DNA of 63,861 bases from Eledone cirrhosa (taxonomy: Eukaryota): NCBI GenBank assembly GCA_964016885.1, contig OZ024752.1, forward strand, positions 36,518,001 to 36,581,861, written 5' to 3'. Positions 13,000 through 23,550 of this stretch are shown here, in pieces; the stretch's first letter is position 1, and every line of letters begins with the position of its first letter. A model generated the notes under the pieces. It worked only from the letters and a program-made list of their open reading frames with translations. It ran no database searches and had not been told where the DNA came from. The translations under genes and the position numbers were made by a program.

Positions 13000-15697
13000 A
13001 GCATAACATACATTAATTTCAACTCTTCTTATTAATAACTGCATTGTTTGTTTCCAGGGACTATGTTGAAAAATAAACCACATTTAGTTATTCCATGAGA
13101 GTATCTTGGTCAGCTTATGATGGTGTGATGCTAGGGCTGTGAAATCTCGCATGCATTAATTTCAATTGTTCTTATTAATAACTACATTGTTTCTTTCCTG
13201 GGACCATGTTGAAAAATAAACCACATTTAGTTATTCCATGAGAGTATCTTGGTCAGCTTATGATGGTGTGATGCTAGGGCTGTGAAATCTCGCATGCATT
13301 AATTTCAATTGTTCTTATTAATAACTACATTGTTTCTTTCCTGGGACCATGTTGAAAAATAAACCACATTTAGTTATTCCATGAGAGTATCTTGGCCAGC
13401 TTATGATGGTGTGATGCTAGGGCTGTGAAATCTTGCATGCATTAATTTCAATTGTTCTTATTAATAACTACATTGTTTCTTTCCTGGGACCATGTTGAAA
13501 AGTAAACCTCATTTAGTCATTCCATGATAGTATCTTGGTCAGCCTATGAAGGAGGGATGTTAGAGCTGTGAAATCTTGCATGCATTAATTTCAACTGTTC
13601 TTATTATTAACTGCGTTGTTTCTTTCCTAAGATACACTCATTCCATGAGCGTATCTCAGCCTATGATCTTTTTAACCTATGAACTTTACAGGTGACCCTC
13701 GGGCCTATGTTGAAAAATAAACCTCATTCGGTCATTCCATGAGAGTATATTGGTCAGCCTATGAACTTTTCAGGTGACTCTCGGGCCTATGTTGCAAAAT
13801 AAACCTCATTCGGTCATTCCATGAGAGTATCTTAGTCAGCTTATGATCTTTTCAGCCGACCCTCGTATGTACTAAGTGACTATATCCTATAATTAAGCAT
13901 ATTTAGCAGGAAATAAAGTCATCAATCTAGATAGAATGTGAGAATTCCTTTCTAAAATATTCATCTCAAATAGCAAACAAATGTTGGCTAAATTTGTAAA
14001 GAATAATTAACAACAAAACAAGGAATTACTTCCAACAAATGTCTGATTGTAAACGATTTTAAATTTCAATGAACGCGCGAGAGAGAACAATGTCAACATA
14101 ATGTTTAGAGTGTAATAAGAGATGACATTACATCAAACGGACGAAAGAAACAAGTGAATACTTGTTTACTCCAATGTCTTTAGTTTCTTCAATTTGGTAT
14201 TGTTAAATAGGTTTATATTGCCTGCCTGTTTTACGTTTTTTTTTTGTATTTCTATGGCTGAAAAGTTTATAGGCTCACTATAAAGAAATGCTAGAGCTGT
14301 GAAATCTTGCATGCGTTAATTTTAACTCTTCTTATTATTAATAACTGTATTGTTTGTTTCCAGGGACTATGTTGAAAAATAAACCTCATTTGGTCATTCC
14401 ATGAGAGTATCTTGGTCAGCCTATGAAGGAGTGATGCTAGAGCTGTGAAATCTTGCATCCGTTAATTTCAACGCTTCTTATTAATAACTGCATTGTTTGT
14501 TTCCGGGGAGAATGTTGTTGTAGTTCTTTTTTTTTCCTTGAACTTAGAAGTTATAGCTGTCACAACTCCTGTACGAGGGTCGACTGAAACGTTAGTAGGC
14601 TGACTATGAAGGAGTGATGCTAGAGCTGTGAAATCTTGCATGCGTTAATTTCAACTCTTCTTCTTATTAATAATTGCATTGTTTGTTTCCAGGGACTATG
14701 TTGAAAAATAACCCCCATTTGATAATTCCATGAGAGTATCTTGGTTAGCATATAAAGAAGTAATGCTAGAGCTGTGAGATCTTGCATCCGTTAATTTCAA
14801 CTCTTCTTATTAATAACTAGCATTGTTTCTTTCCAGGGACTATGTTGAATAAATAAACCTCATTTAGTCATTCCATGAGAGTACCTTGGTCAGCCTATGA
14901 AGGAGTGATGCTAGAGCTGTGAAATCTTGCATCCGTTAATTTCAACTCTTCTTATTAATAACTAGCATTGTTTCTTTCCAGGGACTACGTTGAATAAATA
15001 AACCTCATTTAGTCATTCCATGAGAGTACCTTGGTCAGCCTATGAAGGAGTGATGCTAGAGCTGTGAAATCTTGCATCCGTTAATTTCAACTCTTCTTAT
15101 TAATAACTAGCATTGTTTCTTTCCAGGGACTATGTTGAATAAATAAACCCCATTTAGTCATTCCATGAGAGTACCTTGGTCAGCCTATGAAGGAGTGATG
15201 CTAGGGCTGTGAAATCTTGCATCCGTTAATTTCAACTCTTCTTATTAATAACTAGCATTGTTTCTTTCCAGGGACTATGTTGAATAAATAAACCTCATTT
15301 AGTCATTCCATGAGAGTACCTTGGTCAGCCTATGAAGGAGTGATGCTAGAGCTGTGAAATCTTGCATCCGTTAATTTCAACTCTTCTTATTAATAACTAG
15401 CATTGTTTCTTTCCAGGGACTACGTTGAATAAATAAACCTCATTTAGTCATTCCATGAGAGTACCTTGGTCAGCCTAGGAAGGAGTGATGCTAGAGCTGT
15501 GAAATCTTGCATGCATTACTGTCAACGCTTTTTATTAATAACCCCATTTGGTCATTCCATGAGAGTACCTTGGTCAGCCTATGAAGGAGTGATGCTAGAG
15601 CTGTGAAATCTTGCATGCATTACTGTCAACGCTTTTTATTAATAACCCCATTTGGTCATTCCATGAGAGTACCTTGGTCAGCCTATGAACTTTCGTA
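13000..15697. repeat. ~145-bp tandem arrays derived from a mariner MITE body (interrupted ~13870-14260)
   Basis: The unit tatgaaggagtgatgctagagctgtgaaatcttgc...gtcattccatgagagtaccttggtcagcc recurs at 14896, 15041, 15186 and 15331. TIR remnants lie at about 13845-13866 and at 14574. Confidence 0.9.
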
Positions 15698-16144
15698 CTC
15701 TGAAACGACAATACTTGAAGTTGTTGTTGCTGTTGTTATAGGATATCCATCGTTTCCGACGACGAGTGTACCAGCTGATTCAATCCACGGAACTGCCTGC
15801 TTGTGAAAATAACGTGTAAGTGGCTGAGCATTCCACACATACATGTGCACGCTCTTAACGCAGTTCTCAGGGAGGTGCTGTATGACACAATGCATGCCAA
15901 GGCTGTCCTCTTGAATTACAGATACAGACACGACTCATGATTACCAGCTGAGATAATGTGTCTTGCTGATATATATAGTATTAGTGTATATATATATATA
16001 TATATATATATATGCAAAAGTTCTATTTAAAATTGTTGGGAAACAACAAGTAAATATTTTTATAACTGACACAAAGCACTCGACAAGTATTTGGAGTAGA
16101 TATACGATATTAATAAATGGAAACTATATTTATAAAGCCATATT

Positions 16145-16209
16145 TATTTCATTATACATATTTCAGGGATACCAAATTAAATTATGGTATGCCTTCATCA
16201 GACAAAATA
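16145..16209 (-). ncRNA. Type I hammerhead ribozyme, family A (element ~16012-16290 or longer)
   Basis: Same motif as 6578-6642 on the minus strand, with the family A tail ending at (TA)n. Confidence 0.75.
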
Positions 16210-16808
16210 CAATATATAACAGTTTTACAAATAAGCTTTGACGTACCCTATTAAAATGCAACCATTATTTTTGGAAGCCATCCGGATAGTGAGTTGTTTA
16301 TATTATTTTAATAAGTCATAGTGTTAAGGACAATTAGAAAAAGACGGAGAGAAAGAAAAAGACGGAGAGAGAGAAAGAAAAAACGTGGAGAAATATCGGA
16401 AAGAGAGAAATGCATGGAGAAAAAAGAGAGAGATAAATAAAGACAGGAGGAAAGAAAGAAAAAAAGAAAGAAATAAGAAAAACAGAGGAAAGCAACAGAG
16501 AGATATTAAGTCATCAGACAGATAGAAAAACTTAAGAGAGAGAAATATTCTATAGAGAGAGGGGGAGATAATGAAAACTTTACGTCATGTCATATTAAGT
16601 TGAGTTAACAATTTATATGAAATGAATGATAAAAATATAAATATTAATATTCATGAATGGGACATAAATATATAATATGAGAAATTAAACATTGTTTAAT
16701 AATGACTATATGTTTAGTTTAAAACTTGAGATCAATGTACCAAAATTTGGATTTAATCATCCAGAATGTACACATTGCTAGAGAAATCAGTATCTTAGGC
16801 AAAGACAC

Positions 16809-16875
<67 letters not shown>

Positions 16876-16881
<6 letters not shown>

Positions 16882-17290
16882 TAAAAGGAAAAGAAAATGC
16901 TGACAAATTTTTCCCAGTGAAAAATAGTTTAATTAGGAATAAGTATAAATTAGTAATAAGTATTGGTTAGTATTCAGTTTTAGTTTTAAGTTTTTACCGG
17001 TTACACATTTCTAATGCTTTTCAAAAATAATTTTGAGATAGAGCGCTCGTGATGTTTGTTCTAATCAGATTAGAACAAACATCGCGAGCGCTCTATCTCA
17101 AAATTATTTTTGAAAAGCATTAGAAATGTGCAACCGGTAAAAACTTAAAACTAAAACTGAATACTAACCAATACTTATTACTAATTTATACTTATTCCTA
17201 ATTAAACTATTTTTCACTGGGAAAAATTTGTCAGCATTTTTTTTTCCTTTTACTAATATATCACAACTCGTGTGTTACACCTCTATTTTT
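16876..17290. repeat. ~385-bp palindrome plus short tail in (TA)n
   Basis: Centred at about 17067 (tctaatc-a-gattaga), with arms of about 190 bp and an ~30-nt tail on the right. Confidence 0.9.
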
Positions 17291-17309
17291 TAAAATATAT
17301 ATATATATA

Positions 17310-17697
17310 TATTGAAAGGATAACAAGGACGATTGGTTACCCCTTCATTACATTTATTGGTAGGTGACGCGCGTTTCACCACTGATCAGCTCAAGGTTCG
17401 ATCTGTATCGATCTAACCCGACCCAATAATCGGCAGCTCGACGCACATACCATTTTAAAGGGTCCGTCGAGCTGCCGATTATTGAATCGGGTTAGATCGA
17501 TACAGATCGAACATTGAGCTGATCAGTAGCGAAACGCGCGTCACCTACCAATAAATGTAATGAAGGAGTAACCAATCGTCCTTGTTATCCTTTCAATATA
17601 TTACACTCTGTATAGCTCTACACCTAGACACAGAAGTGAACCTAAATATCGAGTGCTCACCCGGGTGAACCTGCAGTAACTACAAGTTACACTCCCT
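17310..17697. repeat. ~290-bp palindrome plus tail, with 3' half of a hammerhead
   Basis: Arms 17310-17442 and 17466-17600. The motif GAAA-cgcgcg-TC lies at about 17531-17542. Confidence 0.85.
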
Positions 17698-17856
17698 ATA
17701 TATATATACATTAAAATAATAGATTAAAGTTTAAGCAAAGAATCGCTGCTTTCACCTTTAACGGGATCTTCTCTATGGTTCTTATATATTTGATATATAT
17801 TTATCCTTATCGAGCCCTCTTCACATTTATTATTATTACTACATATATATACACAC

Positions 17857-17925
<69 letters not shown>

Positions 17926-18041
17926 TAAGAGGAATTCCAACTTTGTCTGATTTACTCGTTTTATTTACAATCCTTTAAAATATATATAAAATGGTATTAT
18001 AATGAAATAGTATGATAGAATATTAAATTCTAAGTGTTAAT

Positions 18042-18080
18042 TGAACAAGTACTTTCATGCTTTCGCAATCTTCAGGTTCA
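18042..18080 (-). ncRNA. Minimal type I hammerhead ribozyme in 3' pLTR (family E)
   Basis: Minus strand: tgaac-CTGAAGA-t-tgc-gaaa-gca-t-GAAA-gtac-TT-gttca. Confidence 0.85.
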
Positions 18081-18452
18081 TGATATGTGGTGACAGTCGA
18101 GTTTGCAATTTTCAACTGTAATGAGATGGGTAAATTTCCTACCTTTTATACATTTTATACAGAGAAAAGTGGCTCCAGAATGCAAAGCCCTGTAAACTGT
18201 ATTTCGACCAATCAGTGTGTAGTTTCACTGAATTACTACAGCTGATTGGTTTAAGCGTCACGGCTGGTTGAGCATGCTAACGACCAATAGTCATATCCAA
18301 CGTATCAATTGTTTTGCTTTTTTGAAATGATGAAAATAGCATTTTCTATTAATCATCACCATCAACATCACTTTTATTATTATTATTATTGTTGTTGTTG
18401 TTGTTAGTGGTCGTGGTCATAGTGGTAGTAGAAGTAATACCCCTAGGCGTTA

Positions 18453-18873
18453 TTATTGTTCATTTAGCTTGGGTTTGAATTTATCAATAAAATTCTTTTC
18501 TTTGATTTTTCTCTTGATTTCACTTGGGCTGTGTAATTTGTAGAATGGGAATATTATAAATATTCCCTGACCACATGTTGCCAGGTGGCCGCTTAGGGGT
18601 ATCTGACGGACATTTGGGTCTCTGATTTGTTGACGGTGTACCCGTGCACGTTCCGATAGTGCATTTCCAGTTTGACCGACATATAGTTCTTCACAATTCG
18701 GGCATTTAATGCAGTAAATTAGATTTCTGCTTTTGCAGTTCATATTTGCATTTGTGAATATTTTTCCAGTTTTTGTTTTCATATATTGACCGGCGTGTAT
18801 GGATTGACATGTGCCGCATCGATTATCATTGCATTTAGATACAGTGAATGATTGGTCTTTGTTGTTAAGGTCA
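18453..18873 (-). CDS. PLE Cys-rich linker and GIY-YIG endonuclease (frameshifted from the RT ORF near 18874)
   Basis: Reads FDLNNKDQSFTVSKCNDNRCGTC...NLIYCIKCPNCEELYVGQT...RARVH...E..FIDKFKPKLN and extends upstream of the track ORF 18453-18782. Confidence 0.85.
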
Positions 18874-20637
18874 AACTGCTTTTGTTAGCAATTGCTTCAA
18901 ATTTTTTGGCTGTCTTTTACTAAGAGTCAAAGATCGATCTGTGATTAAGCCTTTTAATTCATTACTTTGAGCAATGATCGGTAGGTTTGCTTTGGCAGTG
19001 TTGAAGATATTCTGGTGACATGGGTTGTGTGTCATTATAAATGGTATGACCAGTTCTTGGTTTCTTCTTCTTTGGGTTGTTCTAAGTTGTTGTATAGGTA
19101 TTTTTATAGCCCGCTGTATGCCATTTTCTATAAGTAGAGATGGGTATTTTTGTTTGAGCAAAAATTCTCTTAGTTCTGTTAGGCGTTTGTACCTGGTATT
19201 CGTATCTTCTACAATGGTACAAATTCTTCTGGCTAGGCAGTATGGGATGTTGCGTTTTGTATGAGGTGGATGGCACGACTTAAAATTCAGATATTGATGG
19301 GTGTCTGTGTGTTTATAATATATATCCGTGGTAATGGTGGTGTCGTTTTTGATTATCATTATATCTAGGAATGGTAATTTGGTCCTACTCATCTCTTTTG
19401 TGAATTGGAGAGATGGGTGTAGGTTATTCAGGAGGATATTGAACTCATCCAGAGTATCTAGAGATTCTGTCCAGATGATGAAACAGTCGTCAAGGTATCT
19501 CTTCCAAGATTTTTCAATGTACTTTCTAAAGTCAGTACTATATTTTTCCTCTATTTCTTGGTAGAGTTGTTGTTCTAAGTATCCCATTACAGAGTTCGCG
19601 TAAACGGGAGCAAACTTCGTTCCCATCGCTGTGCCTCTAATTTGGATGTAATTCTTTCCATTGAAGAAGAAAGTGTTGTTTTCCAGAATAAGTTTAACTG
19701 CGTCTAATATAAATGGCGCTGTGAATCTAATGGGAATCACTTCTCTATGTTTTTCCACCCAGTATTTAACCGCCTTTATTCCTAAATCATGTGTAATGTT
19801 GGTGTAAAGGCTTACCACATCAAAACTGAGTAGAAGTGAATTCGTTTCCGTGGTTTTGGGAAGATGGGACAGGAAGTCGATATCATCCCGGATGAAACTG
19901 GGTATGTGAATACATAGTGGTTTCAAAATAATGTCAACAAAATTGCTTAGACGGTGAGTGGGGCATGTTGGACCAGCTATAATAGGTCTAAGTTTTAAGT
20001 CTTTTGGGTGTAATAATTTAATGTACTCACTGTTTTGTTCTCTTACTGCCAGTTGTATTTCTTTTGACTTGTGAACTTTCGGTAGGCCATACAGGTTGCT
20101 GGGTTTCGGCTCAAAATTGGTGATGTAGTCTCTTTCCTTATCAGTAAATGAGTTGTGGTATTTTGAAGCCAGGTTGTTGATCTTCTTCATGATGTTGTGG
20201 TCTATATTTGACGGTATTTCATGATAGAATGTTGTGTCTTTCAGTTGTTCCTCAACCAAATCCTTGTAGTATTCAGTATCCATTATAACAACTGCACCCC
20301 CTTTATCTGCTTGTTTAATTATTATTGTTTTGTCATTTTGTATACGTTTAAGTGCAGACATTTCTGATTTGTTAATGTTTGGCCTAACATTAGTATTATG
20401 TCTAAGAGGAAATTTAGACAGGATGTCAATGTATTGGTCGAGATAGATATTTCTTCCTTTTGGCGGAGTGAAATTTGATTTATTCTTTACTAGTGATTCA
20501 TCACTCTCATTATTTTTATCAGCGAAGAATTCTACAAGACGTAATTTTCGACAGAATTCTTGGGTATCCTCCTTCAGTTCTTGGTGGTTGACTGTTGGAG
20601 TCGGTGTGAATTTCAGTCCTTTTGACAGAATTTGCAT
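18871..20637 (-). CDS. PLE reverse transcriptase
   Basis: Motifs LSKGLKFTP, ADKGGAVV, YGLPKVHK, RPII, FDVVSLYTNI, GTAMGTKFAP, RYLDD and PFLD. The frame stays open upstream to about 20778 without an ATG. Confidence 0.95.
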   Translation of the reverse strand: MQILSKGLKFTPTPTVNHQELKEDTQEFCRKLRLVEFFADKNNESDESLVKNKSNFTPPKGRNIYLDQYIDILSKFPLRHNTNVRPNINKSEMSALKRIQNDKTIIIKQADKGGAVVIMDTEYYKDLVEEQLKDTTFYHEIPSNIDHNIMKKINNLASKYHNSFTDKERDYITNFEPKPSNLYGLPKVHKSKEIQLAVREQNSEYIKLLHPKDLKLRPIIAGPTCPTHRLSNFVDIILKPLCIHIPSFIRDDIDFLSHLPKTTETNSLLLSFDVVSLYTNITHDLGIKAVKYWVEKHREVIPIRFTAPFILDAVKLILENNTFFFNGKNYIQIRGTAMGTKFAPVYANSVMGYLEQQLYQEIEEKYSTDFRKYIEKSWKRYLDDCFIIWTESLDTLDEFNILLNNLHPSLQFTKEMSRTKLPFLDIMIIKNDTTITTDIYYKHTDTHQYLNFKSCHPPHTKRNIPYCLARRICTIVEDTNTRYKRLTELREFLLKQKYPSLLIENGIQRAIKIPIQQLRTTQRRRNQELVIPFIMTHNPCHQNIFNTAKANLPIIAQSNELKGLITDRSLTLSKRQPKNLKQLLTKAV

Positions 20638-20684
20638 TTCATCATTGTCAAGATCTCTTTTAGATAAATTAATTATTTTAGGAT

Positions 20685-21791
20685 CTACGTGTACAGCTGT
20701 TTTGGGTATGTTTCCTCCTGGAGTTTTTCTTTTTCCGGTTTTTGTTGTCCTGACGTTAAAAAATGAATTTTTCTCTGTTCAGGATTTATATTCCTGTTGG
20801 TGTTCGCTTGATGAACTTTTGGTCGTGATATTATATTTGGTTTCGTTATGTATTTTGTCCTATTTTTGGTATTCTGTATATTATTTTTCTTCCTGTTAGC
20901 ATTATTTTTAACAATCTGGGAAAATGACCTAGGTTTGCTTTCAGGTTTAGATCGTTTTTTCGTCCAGTTTCTTGTGGGCAATCTCTGTTGAGATCTTGAG
21001 AGTGATCTGGTTATTCTACGTTTTGTTTCCACATTCCTTGTTGGTAGTCTCTGTTGAGATCTTGAGAATGATCTCCTGGTTTTACTACTTCTCATGGTCT
21101 GGTCAAAGGAATACCTATCGTGTTTGTGCTTTTTGTTCATGTTGTGTGCGATAGGGTGTTTTTGTAGAAAAAGCGAAGAGTTATTACCGTAGTTCTTCTT
21201 TGATTCAAGGTAAGGTGAGTGTTTGTGTTGGCACGTGTTCTGGCGTATGTTGTGTTGATGAGATTGTCCACTTTTAATGCTTTTTCTCAGGGTTCCAGAG
21301 TCTTTACCGTAATTTGCAGCATATTCATCGAGAAATAATTGTTTCTGCTGCCATACCTTTCTTGATTTGTTTTCTTCTTTTGAGATATCTCCGATCCATA
21401 GTTCTCGTAGTTTTTCAGCTATAATACCAGTCGTTAGCTTTGAAATTTCAACTTCAATTTGGTCATCAATAGCTTCATATTTGGCTTTGTAGCGGGATTG
21501 TTTACATTCAGAAATGGAGATGTCGGTCCTGAATTTTGTCAATGTAAGTTCCCATCGGAGTTTTGTTTCTTCTTCTGGTTCTCCTGCAATTTCTGTAATT
21601 AGGTATTTACGAGGGAGTATGGGTGCCGTTAGAGAGAGCCATTTCGAATGTGTTTCGACATATTTTTCGCATCTGTATGCTTTCCAGAAATTTTGTTTTC
21701 TTATGTTAAGGAATTTTTTCCATGTCTTCCACATTTCTTTTCTTATTCGATGTGTTTTGTTTTCCAAATTTCTTTCGTTTATTTCTGACAT
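20685..21791 (-). CDS. PLE ORF1: helical/charged N-part and basic RS-rich C-part, probably 5'-truncated
   Basis: A 368-aa open frame that overlaps the RT frame by about 90 nt and contains a duplicated SRSQQRLPTRN motif. Confidence 0.75.
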   Translation of the reverse strand: MSEINERNLENKTHRIRKEMWKTWKKFLNIRKQNFWKAYRCEKYVETHSKWLSLTAPILPRKYLITEIAGEPEEETKLRWELTLTKFRTDISISECKQSRYKAKYEAIDDQIEVEISKLTTGIIAEKLRELWIGDISKEENKSRKVWQQKQLFLDEYAANYGKDSGTLRKSIKSGQSHQHNIRQNTCQHKHSPYLESKKNYGNNSSLFLQKHPIAHNMNKKHKHDRYSFDQTMRSSKTRRSFSRSQQRLPTRNVETKRRITRSLSRSQQRLPTRNWTKKRSKPESKPRSFSQIVKNNANRKKNNIQNTKNRTKYITKPNIISRPKVHQANTNRNINPEQRKIHFLTSGQQKPEKEKLQEETYPKQLYT

Positions 21792-22167
21792 CCAAGGGGG
21801 TTGTGGTAGGCTTCTACTACCACTATGACCACGACCACTAACAACAACAACAACAACAATAATAATAATAATAAAAGTGATGTTGATGGTGATGATTAAT
21901 AGAAAATGCTATTTTCATCATTTCAAAAAAGCAAAACAATTGATACGTTGGATATGACTATTGGTCGTTAGCATGCTCAACCAGCCGTGACGCTTAAACC
22001 AATCAGCTGTAGTAATTCAGTGAAACTACACACTGATTGGTCGAAATACAGTTTACAGGGCTTTGCATTCTGGAGCCACTTTTCTCTGTATAAAATGTAT
22101 AAAAGGTAGGAAATTTACCCATCTCATTACAGTTGAAAATTGCAAACTCGACTGTCACCACATATCA

Positions 22168-22206
22168 TGAACCTGAAGATTGCGAAAGCATGAAAGTACT
22201 TGTTCA
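22168..22206 (+). ncRNA. Minimal type I hammerhead ribozyme in inverted pLTR (family E)
   Basis: tgaac-CTGAAGA-ttgcgaaagcat-GAAA-gtac-TT-gttca. Confidence 0.85.
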
Positions 22207-22378
22207 ATTAACACTTAGAATTTAATATTCTATCATACTATTTCATTATAATACCATTTTATATATATTTTAAAGGATTGTAAATAAAACGAGTAAATCA
22301 GACAAAGTTGGAATTCCTCTTATTAATATAATCTTCTATACACAATCATACACACCCGTGTATATTTACCTATCTATA

Positions 22379-22424
<46 letters not shown>

Positions 22425-22514
22425 TATATATATGTATACACACACACACACCAATAATATATAAAAAAATGGCGTAGACATACAACACAACAGGAGGAAA
22501 AAAAAATATAACAC

Positions 22515-22552
22515 CACTGACGATGTTGCAGATGTGCAACGAAAGATTTATG
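22515..22552 (+). ncRNA. Hammerhead-like core, family G (element ~22450-22797)
   Basis: CTGACGA-t-gttgca-gatg-tgcaac-GAAA-gatt-TA, with a weak stem I. A second copy lies on the minus strand at about 58425-58462. Confidence 0.55.
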
Positions 22553-22798
22553 TAAATTATGTAAACTATATATATGTGTTTGTGTCTATATTGTATCTGT
22601 ATTATTTTTGACCGTCGGACCGAGTAAGTTAGATCGCAGATATAAAAGACAGCGAGAAGCGAAAACCAACCAAACAGTGAGTGTGTTCTGTTATTAATTC
22701 TGGCAATATTACGCAAATATGACCCTCCCCAAGTATAACAATATCTGTTTCGACACACGATTTCATATAAAAAACCTCGCTAAACTAATTCATCGCCG

Positions 22799-22864
<66 letters not shown>

Positions 22865-22953
22865 ATGTAAAGGGTAAACAGAAATAACAACACAATCGGT
22901 ACAGTATACGGAAGGGATATATTAGGTTAAAGCTTGATATAGCAGGAAGAGGG

Positions 22954-22989
22954 TCTTAACATTTCGGACGCTAGTCCTTCATCAGAAGA
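22954..22989 (-). ncRNA. Minimal type I hammerhead ribozyme, family D
   Basis: Minus strand: tctt-CTGATGA-a-ggac-tagc-gtcc-GAAA-tg-TT-aaga. Confidence 0.75.
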
Positions 22990-23455
22990 AAGAATGAGAA
23001 ATAAGATAGATTGAGGGGACGGGCAGGGTTGGAATTGGAAAGAAACGTCTTTAGATAAAAATAACAGGTCCATTCATGTTGATATCATCTAATATATATA
23101 TATTCGGTCGTCAAGTATGAAATTTGTAGAAATTTGTTTTCTTTCTACAAATTTCTACAAATTTCATTCATACCTGATGACCCAATATATATATCGCCAA
23201 AATATATTATGTGAATAAGATCCCAACAAAAAAAATGCCTGTTATCTATGGTTTCAAACTTCAACCAGCATAGGACATAGATATAACATGTCTACTAGTA
23301 TTGTTATCTTTTGTTTTGTCTGAAGTTTGCTAGTTGAAGTTTGACACCTTAGATAGCATGCATTTGTGAGATCTTATTCATATAATAGAGCGCTCTTTTT
23401 CCTTGCTATATTCTTCGGAGACTCTTGGCACACACACACACACACACACGCACAC

Positions 23456-23549
<94 letters not shown>

Positions 23550-23550
<1 letters not shown>

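Larger units (their letters stand above)
17917..22365 (-). mobile_element. Neptune-type Penelope-like retroelement with inverted 5' pseudo-LTR
   Basis: It has RT and GIY-YIG ORFs. Segment 17917-18434 is the reverse complement of 21811-22329, each pLTR has an HHR, and (TA)n flanks both sides. Confidence 0.95.

Noticed and set aside
17105-17145. Hammerhead in the 16876 palindrome (tTGAAAA-gcatt..aatgt-GcAA-ccgg-TA)
   Set aside because: The topology is suggestive but several core positions deviate, so it was not counted.
18871-18873. TGA ending the RT ORF as a selenocysteine codon (known in some Naiad PLEs)
   Set aside because: The downstream endonuclease is in a different frame, and a TAA follows two codons later.
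19025-21828. Plus-strand ORFs overlapping the Penelope ORFs (and minus-strand ORFs within 59963-62961)
   Set aside because: They are antisense shadows of retroelement coding sequence with no recognisable motifs.
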